From Vermamoeba vermiformis (taxonomy: Eukaryota): 29,273 nt of DNA. The stretch covers positions 620,001 to 649,273 of the forward strand of contig JBEWZL010000209.1 in the NCBI GenBank assembly GCA_045837725.1, written 5' to 3'. Below the pieces are notes generated by a model that did no database searches, was not told where the DNA came from, and worked only from the letters and a program-made list of their open reading frames with translations. Below, piece after piece: positions 1-10,675 of this stretch (position 1 is its first letter; each line of letters starts with the position of its first letter). The translations under genes were made by a program, and so were the position numbers.

Positions 1-21
1 GACAACCAAGTTATAACTTAC

Positions 22-63
22 TTTTACTTTCTTAAATATTGAGCGAGAACGAAAAGGCGGCAT
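22..63 (-). CDS. Possible first coding exon (MPPFRSRSIFKKVK) of a gene running off the left edge
   Basis: ATG at 63-61, 14 open codons, then a phase-0 GTAAGT donor at 21-16. Nothing else can be checked in the window. Confidence 0.3.
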
Positions 64-367
64 TGGTTAGTTGTGGTTCTTGGTAAAGATTCAAGTTCAA
101 AAATGATAAAACTTAATTAAATGCCGAACATAATCCGCACCACAAAGTACAATGAACCTCGAACGAATAGTCTATTCGAGAGTTACATTATTATTGCTCA
201 CTTAGCATGGAGAAACAAAACTGCAAGATCGAGTTGCAAACGAGGTGAATAGTTTACGCTTCATTTATTTTAGGAACTACTTCGATAATCAAGTCCTTTA
301 ATGATAAAAATCCTGGTAGATTCGATTGCTTTTAGTATTTTTAATTAATTTAATTAATAATTGATTT

Positions 368-1979
368 TTACATTGCTAACGAAACGATTGATAGCATTGC
401 CACGAGAAAAACATTGCCAACTCGATTAACATCACTCGCACTAACAACTTGACGTTTGGGACACACAAACGTGGCAGTGCATTGGCCTACTTGAAGTCCT
501 AATCGTTCAATATTGAGCTCGACGATCGCTTTGTCATTCGATACCTCAAAGTTGTTGATCGATGCCATTGGCTCACCACAGTTGTCGTCAACGTACTGAA
601 ACGCATCGATGAGCAGCTGCGTAAAGCCTGCTTCGTTGCACGACGTGACAGGAACGTCTTGCACACACGAAGTGACGTTGATTGGTTGCGAGAAGCACAG
701 TGGATAGCTGTAAAGGAGGTACTTCTTATAGTCGAGTTCACTGCCGACTTCTCCTACGATGACAATGTCGCTCTTGGTTCGTGCCATGTACTTCAATTGC
801 ACTGCTTCACCGGTTCCGTCGTCGTCGACAGAAATTCTTCCTCCGAACTTCCATTCGCGAGTGCTATCACGATACATCATTACCACGCTACCGCCATACG
901 GCCAGTCAGTTTCATTGAAGTTAATGGGGAAGTTGGGTGCCATCAAGAATGCCACGTCCTCATTGATCCACGTCGCTGTAGAAGCCCAACTGAAGTACTG
1001 ATTGAAGTATTCGAGTTCAAGACCAAGGTCCTCTGAGTGAAATTCCTGCACTACTTTCCACGTCTTATTCTTTTGGTACTCGGCCACGTACACTGTTCCG
1101 CTGGACCATTCTTGAACGGTGCCTCCGAGGTAGAGAACAGTATCGTTTCCATTGTAATATGGAAGCGTCTCTTCTACAAATGATTCATAGCTGGCAAAGT
1201 ACTTGCTGTCGAAGAACGCGCTCGTCATGAACAAACCAGACTTTCTCTTCGAGAACATCATTGGTATTTCCACTGTATAGTATTGTAAAACGTTCGCAAA
1301 TCCTTCAACAGAGGTATTTGTGAGTAAACTAACGTTATAGAAGTCAATGCCTTTCAAGGGCTGCACGAGTGTTCTGTTCCAGTGTCCGTCGAGATAACGC
1401 CACTCCTGAATTGAATCATCTCTACTAGTGTAAGAAAAAAAATAGCCCGTTAGAACGTCTTCTCCTGTAAATGCAGCATAATCGCAATATGAAATATCAG
1501 AGTCATTCCACTTGGTATTCAAGATCAGATTTCCTTCCGCATCCAAAGCGTAAAAAGCATAAAAACTTTCAGACGGTCCGAACACTCCCGTCGAGTAGTT
1601 GTACGCTGAGACGAAGATCCACTTTCCGTTTGTTGTAACAAAGTTGCGATCGTAGGAACAGATTTGAAGGTCGGGTAACAGCAGCATCTCGTAACTGTCT
1701 GCCTTCTTCTTAAAAATCAGGGTCGTTAGGTCACGATAGTTTGTAGCATTGTATCGACATGTTATTATATAATCATCAAATTGCCCTCCTCTCGGCTGTT
1801 GAAGTTTGAATTCGGATTCAGGACCAAAGACCAACTTCGGGCTCGTCACCTGACAATACTTTTATTAGTAATTTTTTTGACCATTAAATTCGACTTGCCT
1901 GAAAAGCGTTGTTTTGAACTGCTAGCGACAAAGCGAAAAGGAAAGCTAGGTAGATCTTCGGCTGTAAAGCATTACCCAT
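368..1979 (-). CDS. Secreted/surface protein, ~520 aa; beta-propeller-like (FG-GAP/integrin-alpha-like repeats), Cys-rich C-terminal region, hydrophobic GPI-signal-like tail
   Basis: Exon 1 1979-1899 (MGNALQPKIYLAFLFALSLAVQNNAFQ, signal peptide), 49-nt GC-AG intron 1898-1850, then the 493-aa ORF. Repeated GxVxxY/W strand motifs (GTVYVAEYQKNKTWKVVQ, GSVVMMYRDSTREWKF); C-terminus VFLVAMLSIVSLAM. Confidence 0.8.
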
Positions 1980-2117
1980 TCATAGAAAGTGTTAACGGCT
2001 GTGTGGTCGTAATTCTGCTTGTACGCTATTTTGTTTCGGTTAAAATTTACACAAATTTTTTGGTTGTTGCACTGTATTTTTGGCAACCGACAATTTTTTC
2101 AATCCGAACTCTTAAAT

Positions 2118-3339
2118 ATGAAAACCACAACAGGGTGCCTAATTATATTTTTCTTCTGGTCTGCGTCATTGGCCTTAGAGGTGCGTGTGTATTAATATTT
2201 GTTTTAATTCTAATTATTTATTTTAAAAGACTATTTACGTTGGGGATTACATTCTCCCACCGTCTTCTTACTTCCCGATACAGCTAAGGACTAGAAAATA
2301 TTCGCTATATGATGGGGTTGGTCAGGCGAATTATGCTGTGGCATCTTTTGGACCTAACGGCAATGGAATCCAAGCAAAATTCAGTGATGAAAATCGAAAA
2401 CGAACTACGGGCTCATTAATATTGAAGAATAATGATGGCACCTACAGGTCATTAGATTTGCCGTTCAATTGCAGCGATTTCTTGGGGCTTGTGGTGGCAA
2501 CAGACGGAGAGAGCTTTTTATGTGGCCGGAAGATTTTCTATCTTGGTTCTGACGACTCGATACAAAACCTGCAAGAGCTCCCGTCCGATATTAGTAATTG
2601 TATTTTTGTGAATAACAGCGTTTTGCTTGAGGCCTACAGCCAGGGCCCTAGAATTTGGTCAAACCTCACTGCCGATCACAACTGGACAGTTGCTTCTCAG
2701 GCAGATTATTCCAGTTCTTATCCCGGCCAACGACTTCGATTGTATCCCGATATGTTTGCTACTCTAGCATTTCCTAACGTCAAGTTGTATCAACGAATGG
2801 ACCTAACTTGGAATCTTGTTGAGGTTGCACAAGTTAACTACACTAATCCCAATGAACCAAACCTTACTCCTATCGTGCTATGGACTGGAGGTGACACGAT
2901 CATCGTTGGATGGTCAGCAGATAAAGTTGGTATCCACACAGTGAAGGGTGAGATCAGGATCTTCAGAAAATCTAATGGAGTGTGGAGCCTCAATAAAACT
3001 ATCACAAGCAATGATTTGGGACTTGCAGCACCTGGTGGGTTGGGAATTGGATTGTTGCTCTTGGACAAAGACACTGTGATTGTGCATGCTGTTGCAGGTT
3101 ACAACCGTTCACTCACTCTAGGTGGTGGTGTTGCCTTTGCACTTGAAAGAATCAATGACAATTGGGTCATCACAACAAAGTTTGTTCAACAAAACGATGA
3201 AGCATACTTGGTGGGTGCAATCAGCTATGATGACTCTGGTCGTTTGTACTTCTCTGCATGTCGTACTTATACTCTTGAGGATGGACGAAGATATCAACGT
3301 CAGTGTGGTGTAAAGTATGCTGTTTGGAATCGCAAATAA
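2118..3339 (+). CDS. Secreted beta-propeller-like protein, ~390 aa, likely paralog of the divergent neighbour
   Basis: Exon 1 2118-2180 (MKTTTGCLIIFFFWSASLALE, signal peptide), 49-nt GT-AG intron 2181-2229, exon 2 in frame with ORF 2338-3339. GEIRIFRKSNGVWSLNKTITSNDLGL parallels GTVYVAEYQKNKTWKVVQEFHSEDLGL in the neighbour. Confidence 0.8.
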
Positions 3340-4428
3340 ATGTATTCTGTGACAATTATCTTCTGTGCAGAGCTTCCTTTTCACTGCCAAAGTAGTGACA
3401 CAGAAACTCACTGAGATAATCGTATAATCTCCACCGCGGAGACGACACCAGAAAAAACTATGTCCTAAACGACTTACCCTAGGCTGCGATGGATGTAGTG
3501 GGTCACAACGTGCCACTACAGGTTGTAATGCCATGACGTGCACCGTGGAGTGAAAGGAAATTTCTGAATGAGCCGATTCGTTAGATGAGTTTATAAACCA
3601 CACCTGACTTACCTCATACAGGTTGCTTCGTGGTGCTTTGCCAGCAGTCCATCTACGTTCACGGAGCTTGTAAGGGTGGCCAGCAGCACTACACAAGCAA
3701 TAAAAAATTAGATGCCGCACATTCAAAAACTACGGATTTAAATTTTTATTGCTTACCAAATGCCATATACTTGCGGACTGCTACATAAAGGCATTTCCCT
3801 TTGAGCTAAGGCACGGAAGCACCAGCAGCGAGCTCGAAGAGCATTGTGTATTACCCGTGACCGATCAACTGAAAAAATGAAATATTAAGGTAAAATTAAA
3901 TATTATGCTCTGAATTATTTCATTAAAGGTTAGGCAACTTACCTCAGTGTGCTACGCACTGTACAAGCATATATATTGTGAAACAGACGTTCGATCGGCA
4001 CCCATACCTTTGAGTGCGAAAGCAGTGCGTACATCAACGCATAATCAACAAGAAAATAAAATAAATTACACGACCATTGTGGTGATCGTGTTGGGGAGTA
4101 TTTATGCAAGAACTCTGTCGCTCGTGCGTTTTTGTCTCCCGTGCCAGGATTTATCCAAGCACAAACAATTTTTTGGAAGCACGTGCTGTTCAATGCACGT
4201 TGGTTTTCCTGTCGACGCACGTCGGTTTTCAGTGGTTTTGACTAAATCAGGAAGTGACCGTTACAACTACGCCAGTTAATTCGCACACTATAACGGATCG
4301 ACCACAAGGGTCGATTTATGTATTTACAGCATATAGTAGCGCCACGGCATCAGAGAAGAGAAATGATGATAGAAAGAGTGAAATTTCATTGTGAATCTGA
4401 TGGAGAATGAGTGAAATTGCGTGAATTT

Positions 4429-4480
4429 GATTGAAATTGCATTGGAATTGCATTGATTTTGCATTGAAATTGCATCGAAT
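4429..4480 (+). repeat. 11-bp minisatellite (ATTGAAATTGC-like), ~4-5 copies
   Basis: attgaaattgc attggaattgc attgattttgc attgaaattgc atcgaatt. Confidence 0.8.
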
Positions 4481-4517
4481 TACGATAGAACGATGTTTTA
4501 GTCTAGTCACTCTTCGA

Positions 4518-4855
4518 GCGCCACAGAGGTATGAGAATAGCAAACGAAATCTCATTGGAAGTAATGCACTCTTTGAGCGCCACAGAGATATAGATTGCAG
4601 TCGATCCACGCAAAGATCCGCAATTCAAGCAAGTCCTCGTTGAGTGCCACAGAGGTGTTGATCTTCGAATTCGGTCAATTAATACAGTCATTTGAGCAAG
4701 GCTCATGTCGTGCGCCACAGAGGTCAACGATCGTTTCTCAATAACGAAATACAGTACTTTGAAGCTAATCACCTCCGGCGCCACAGAGTTATTAATTGCG
4801 TTAAATAGATGCAAAGATCTGCAATTCTAGTAAGGCATCATTGAGCGCCACAGAG
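4518..4855 (+). repeat. Phased array of six G(C/T)GCCACAGAG motifs, ~67-bp period, diverged spacers
   Basis: Copies start at 4518, 4577, 4644, 4712, 4778, 4845 (spacings 59, 67, 68, 66, 67). Confidence 0.9.
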
Positions 4856-5795
4856 TTGTCAGAGCCGTTTCAGCGCGGGTTATTTGGATCGAGAGCTGAT
4901 GCGAAAACGGTTCAGCCGTGTTATTTCGCATCAGCAATGCACCAGATCGACCACAAGGGTCGTAATATTATTTATTGTTGGATTATGAACAGCAGACAGT
5001 GACGCGCCACGGTCGCCACAGCCGTTCAGCGAGAGTTAATTGCATGAAAATTAGATGCAAACTTGGACTCGCATCAGATCAACTCCCCCTCCAAGTTACC
5101 ATTATTAGTATTGGTATAATTGATAGTCAACACGCGCCAAACGACTTCCAGCGTTGTTCCAGCACGAGACGATGAGACAGATCAACACAGCGCAAATCTC
5201 GGTGCAGCCCTGAAAAAAATAATTCCCATGCTGGAACTCCTCGCGCACATGGGACCGCCATGGAGCGGTTATTTTGACGTTAGTAGCGAACGGACCACCA
5301 TGGGTCCGTTCAAAAGTAATGTATTTTTAATGCTTCCATCGCGGCCAAGAGGCGATGGAGCGGAAATCCAGAAGAAGATCAGCGCGAGATCAGATGGCCA
5401 ACGGATCTGAGGTACTTTCGATAATAAATGATTTTTAAAAAGAAATATTATACTTATATTATACTCATATTAATGCTTGATTTATTTAGGAACATTCGTG
5501 GTCGCCCCAGGTACAAAATGAAAAAAGTTTGGTCCCGTTTTCTCCGCATCATGGCTCGTATCGAAAAGGTAGGTTCTTTATTAAAGTTTATTAATGAATT
5601 GATCAAAATCAATTTTTTAGAATTTTTGTTAGATCGCTCGACAAGATGCACGTAACTGTCAAGATCAGATGGCCCGCGGATCGGAGGTATTTTTGCTCGT
5701 ATGTGATTTTTAATAATAAATACTATTTATATGTAAATGACTAGCACGTCTTAGGCAATTTATGACAATAACCAAAATTTAGGTAAAAATTAATT

Positions 5796-6524
5796 TTATT
5801 CGTAGACTGAATACTCTTCGCCACTACATGTTATTTCATTCTTAAATTTGTAAGGCAAATTGTCATTTTTTGGTGATTTAACGGTGGTTTTGACGACCTT
5901 GGAAGTCTTCGTCTTGGATCGAGCAGTGGATTTACGTTTGGGGGCCGTTACGCTGCGCCTAATTTTGGTTAGTGCTACGCGCCCCTTGTTCTTCTTCCAG
6001 CTTGATCCAATATCGTAATCGTCATTGGCCTGTTCGTCGTTAGAAGTATTTGCGAATTCGATTTCAACGTCCTCTTCCTCTTCCGAATCGTCTGCATCTC
6101 TTATATTCAGCTTTGGCTTTGAGTAGTACTGACGAGTGACTTTTTGGCCTGGCGACAAGAAAGCGTTGTGATCCATCATAAAGACTATCGACTTGCGTTG
6201 TCCTTCTTCAAGGGCTAAATTCTCGTGAAGTAGCTCTCTCGATCTAAAGAAAATCATATCACCTGGTTTCAGTTCAAATCGTAGTTTAAGTTGTCGAAAA
6301 GCCAGATCTCCACCAGTATATTCTCCGAACGGAATAACGCAACAAAGCCCTTCAATTTCATCCTTATAACGCATAGCGTTAGTATAATTTTAATTTTTTA
6401 ACCACGTATTGCTTACCTTGCAGTCGTGGTGAGGAGTACTCGTGTGAAAATTGAGCGCGCACATCAAATAACTCTTGCCTAGAAGACGCTTTCTAGGCGT
6501 TTTGATGCCTCGGTAAGCATTATA
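5796..6524 (-). pseudogene. TET/JBP-family 2OG-Fe(II) dioxygenase, 5'-truncated (C-terminal ~225 aa)
   Basis: Exon 6524-6417 (..LMCALNFHTSTPHHDCK), 54-nt intron 6416-6363, exon 6362-5796 (DEIEGLCCVIPFGEYTGGDLAFRQLKLRFELKPGDMIFFRSRELLHEN..GQRKSIVF). HxD, distal H and RxS are intact. No credible upstream exon is visible beyond the 6524/6525 junction. Confidence 0.85.
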
Positions 6525-6594
6525 CTATATAGGAGGCTACTACAATTTAGGGTTATGCGTTCTACGGGCTGATAACACCCTTGCCTCTTATCTA

Positions 6595-6855
6595 GGGCGT
6601 AGTTTTGAGGACTACGCCCCTTCAAACCAGAACAGGGGTGTAGTCCTCGAAACTACACCCTTGCGAACCAGAACAGGGGCGTAGTCCTCAAAACTACGCC
6701 CTTGCAAACCAGAACAGGGGTGTAGTCCTCAAAACTACGCCCTTGCAAACCAGAACAGGGGTGTAGTCCTCGAAACTACACCCTTGCGAACCAGAACAAG
6801 GGCGTAGTCCTCTAAACTACGCCCTCACAAGCAAGAACAGGGTTGTAAACTACAT
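6595..6855. repeat. 41-bp tandem hairpin array (GGGYGTAGT-cctcraa-ACTACRCCC), five direct units plus one inverted unit
   Basis: Units start at 6627, 6668, 6709, 6750, 6791. The unit at 6595-6619 has the reverse-complement loop TTTGAGG. Confidence 0.95.
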
Positions 6856-7797
6856 GTGCAAAATATACATCTTATTTACCATGCTAATTCGCATGCTAAT
6901 TAGCATGCTATTTCTAAATGTGTGGGAAGCCAAACCAGAAAAGTGCAATGCGCCAGGGTTATGTTTGAGCTTACTCAGTAATGACTGCGTCAGTAACGGC
7001 AATGGCCACACCGCAGAATAAACAAAACAATTATTACATCAAAGCGGATGCGTAGAAAAGAGCGGGCAAGGCGAGGAGAGGGCACGAACGCGAAATTAAT
7101 GGTGGTGGTTTGTTGGCTCGTTGTTTAGTTTGTCTGATCTGAACCATTTTTGGCAATTACAAATTTTGTCAGCCCGTGACAGTCGACCAGGGCTTTCTTG
7201 TTTGCCGATGTGCTTGGCTACGTTCACTAGCTTGGCTGGCTAAGTGCGGCAACGAGGTGCCATAAAGCATGTTGTGCACGAAATTAACCAGGGTTTTGAG
7301 TAGCGGATCGGATCTGCTTGCTAATTATTTTTAACGTGCTCTTTAGCTTTAACAGCAACTAAGCATTGTGTCCCGCGACTAACGTTGTCTCAGATAATTA
7401 GGCTTTGACTCAACGGAGGCGGTTCCAGGTTCACCTCAGATCAACATTGTAGTTTTGCCATTATTATATAACATGACGAGATTAAGTATCAAACGCCGAA
7501 CAATAATCAGCAAGATGCAATGCGGAAACGTGGGCTTCAAAAAATAATTGGATCAAGCCGACAACTGGATGTACAATTAATTAGTATCGCTTAGTAAAAT
7601 GCCCGATACTGTTGTATCTCTCGAGACCATAAATAAAAAAAACACGCGTCAAATCTAAATTAGTACTGACGAGACGTCAATGATCACGTGCTGTTGTTTA
7701 TTTTTAGACGTCCGTAAAAAATTAATTTTTCAATCTCAACCCAACATAAACACGACGCCACACGTCGTATTTATTATTAATTACACGAGTACTGCCC

Positions 7798-8046
7798 AAA
7801 GCTCTACTCGTGTAAACCGAAGATTCAGCGCTTCCCAAAGACGTCGCTGTAATCTGAAAATCCGATCAAATCCAAAAGATTTGCTTTAATCGCAGCTATT
7901 ATATCTAAAGTATAATAATAAAGCTCTACTTTGTCGTGCAACGCAAAGGTTTCAGCGCTTCCCAAAGACGTCGCTGAATCTAAAAATCCGGGCAAATCCA
8001 AAAGATTTGCTTTAATCGCATTAATATTATATCTATAATATAATAT
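7798..8046 (+). repeat. ~122-bp tandem duplication upstream of gene A1
   Basis: AAAGCTCTACT..TTCAGCGCTTCCCAAAGACGTCGCTG..CAAATCCAAAAGATTTGCTTTAATCGCA occurs twice (from 7798 and 7920). Confidence 0.9.
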
Positions 8047-8134
8047 TGAAATTATTACGTACTCTCCACTGGCCTACGTGAATTAATTTGGCTGTCATTT
8101 TCTCGATTCAGATTTGATCGACGGAAATTTACAA

Positions 8135-10407
8135 ATGGTACGAATTTATGTGATTAAATAAATGATAATACACGTATTAATTTATTACTGTTATTTTTCA
8201 GGATCAACCGCTTCGTGTCAAAGTAGCAAGCTACATCCAGTTTTTAATGTTCGCGTGCAACCGAACACCAGCTCCAAACATCGATTCCTACGTGTCGAAC
8301 GTCTGCAAGATGATTGGGCAGTATATCAGCTCTTTCAATCGGCGTGAAGACTTTATCTTCTTCTTCTGCGTGTTCTGGTTTCACCAGATGTTGCCAGAAC
8401 ACGAAGACGGCAAGACGTACTTTCCGGCATGGTACAAGTCGTACCGCGATAAAATTACAGCCGCACTTGGAATCGACATGGGCTCTCCGGCATGGAAAGA
8501 ATTCGCCAACTTCTTTCACGGGTTTTACTCAATGTTCACGTGTGCCTTGAACATCGCCCAGTCAACCGTCAACAAGATTATCGTGCACCGGCCAGGCACC
8601 AACTATACTCAGGCTCTGCACACTGAGTACTACAAAATATGGATTGCCTTGCGTTATCATTATACTTACTGGCGTTCTGAGACCGAGCTGCGGTCACTGC
8701 TTGGCTCCGTAGACGTTTCTTTGCTTCAATGTGATTACGACCAACCATTTTTTACGAAGTTCACGTCATTCACGGTAGCACCTCTTCATTTGCCTTCAAT
8801 AGCACCGCACAGCACCGTTAGCGAGACCCCGCAACAGTACCAAAATACGCCGATGGGCTTCGTTTCTGGTTGCACAGGCTTGGGCTACGCAGCGTTTCAT
8901 CGTGCCGACTTTCTCAACACGAGCGCGCAAGCAATCTTTGTTGGGGCGAAGAGAAAGCTTGCCCAGACAGAAGAGACGACCCCGCAGCCCAAAAAACCAC
9001 GCTTAGACGTTCCTAACCCGGTGCAAGAAGATGAAAATTCACTCGTTATTTTAGAACCAGAACCACCAAGTCCAAGTCCAAGTCCAAGACCCAATTCTAC
9101 AGTGGAGCTGGTAAGCTTACTAGAGCCTAGGCCCTGATCGGCGTGTAAAAGGTCGAAGGAGTAACTAATTTGTTTCCTTGCAGGACTCTCCTCAAATTCG
9201 CGTGTCATATTCTTCGTCATCGTCTCCGTCGTCGCCAGCGTCATCATCATTTATATCCGTAGCCGAATCTGAAGGAATTTCTTTCTTGCCGGATGACTTT
9301 CAAGCAAAGTGTTCAACACTACAGGTTACGCACGACTTGTTTACCTCACTGAAGAAAAATCCAAAGGCTCTTTCCCGATATGAAAGGGTTAAATTAACGG
9401 GTTTTTCTTGTTCCTTGGCCGATCTCAACATCTTCGAATCTGCTCATTGTTGGGCTTTGGTGCTTGAAGATATGACGCTTGCTGAGCAAACTGAATGCGA
9501 ATCCATTAAACGGTATGAATTATTTATTACTTCAATATTAGGGTCTAATCTTGTCGCAGGTTGCCGCAAAAGTGTTTGGTCGTAACACCCGATCTTGACA
9601 CAAATCTCGTCCAACCTCTGTTAGCTGCCTGCCCGGACTTGGGAGCGATCCAGTTGCTAGGGATTAAGAGTTCTACTACACGGCTTGGTCTGGCGCTGTA
9701 TAACATGGCCCGCCTTCAATTTCTTCATCTAGATTCGGATGGCCACGTCACCAACTTTTACAATGCTTTCAAAGCGAAGACCTGCACTCAAGTATTGCAG
9801 GCAATATTCAAACGCGCTCCGAACCTCATTGGCTTGTTCATTCCGCTGCCAGACGAATCTGTCAGATTGGATTTGTCGTCCGTCAAATTCCCTCAGTCCC
9901 TGCATCTATTGGGTCTCAAGAGTCACGGGAGTAATTCAACAGTCGATATTCACGCTGTTGAAAACTTGAAAGTGCAGCATCTGGCACTTGTGAATCTGCG
10001 CATCGAGACACCAGAATGGTCTTACTCCGAGGATTCGGATGATTTATATGAAGACCTAGAACCCAAATATCCCTGGCTATATATTGGTGGTGACAACGAC
10101 AGATCTACCATGGAAATATTTTCGGACATAGTGCTGAATAGACCGTAAGTTGCTATTATTTTTCAACTTTTTATTTATTTAAACTAATAATTTGATTAAC
10201 AGATTTGGTTTTGAAGCACCTTCGTTGGTTCCGCAAACTCTGCTACCACTCCGGATGTTCTACGCAATTTTTTATCAAAGTGTGGCTGAAACTTACTCCC
10301 CGCAAAGCTCTCGCGCTACAGTAATTGAGCTATTTCGAACACTGCGGCCTTCGTATGAAGGATTTTACCCGGCAGTACCCTGTCGAACGTCGAACGAAAG
10401 AAGTTAA
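8135..10407 (+). CDS. Gene A1: unknown protein with helical N-terminus, NLS-like basic motifs, Pro/Ser linker and LRR-like C-terminal part
   Basis: Exons 8135-8137, 8202-9110, 9184-9512, 9560-10144, 10203-10407 join in frame through GT-AG introns. KRKL, KKPRL; LxxLxL repeats (LQFLHL, LIGLFI, LHLLGL, VQHLAL). The 3' end is uncertain because coding-like sequence continues in shifted frames to ~10616. Confidence 0.7.
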
Positions 10408-10675
10408 CTACAACCTATCACTTGCCGGCGATAATATTTTTATGGTGTTACCTCCGGACACCGCAGAGAGTGCGCGCCAAAAGTTCCTGTCGTTCAGAGG
10501 GTATTGAGCCCGCCAAATTTAACGCTCAAGCACGTGATACGCTGTGTTGGACCAATAAAATTACGGCGCCAGAGTTAAAAACGAATCTGCCCTCCTTGCT
10601 GCCTTGTCTATCTTGACACTGACTGAGTCACGTAACGCGCATTACTTCTACTACTCCTCCTATTCTCACGTTAAC

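Larger units (their letters stand above)
4296..4962 (+). repeat. Identical 18-bp direct repeat GATCGACCACAAGGGTCG at 4296-4313 and 4945-4962 (hairpin CGACC-ACAAG-GGTCG)
   Basis: Read directly; the two copies bracket the GCGCCACAGAG array. Confidence 0.85.
4286..6524. mobile_element. Putative terminal arm of a TET/JBP-carrying DNA transposon (CACTA/Plavaka/KDZ-like), interrupted by element A
   Basis: CACTA at 4286-4290 directly precedes ~1.4 kb of non-coding subterminal-type repeats and then the TET/JBP fragment. TET/JBP genes are known cargo of KDZ and Plavaka transposons. The other end and a transposase are not in the window. Confidence 0.4.

Noticed and set aside
4518-4855. CRISPR array
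   Set aside because: The repeat is only 11 bp, spacers are related to each other, no cas genes are present and the context is eukaryotic.
4316-5655. Short ORFs in the repeat-rich arm
   Set aside because: No recognisable motifs or splice chain; the region is made of short repeats, including a ~33-bp direct repeat at ~5387 and ~5662.
6880-7700. Upstream TET/JBP exons joined through an intron 6879-6525
   Set aside because: The candidate exon is a palindromic repeat giving NSMLISMRISM and no TET-like sequence. The 6525 junction matches element B's terminus instead. Not fully excluded without RNA data.
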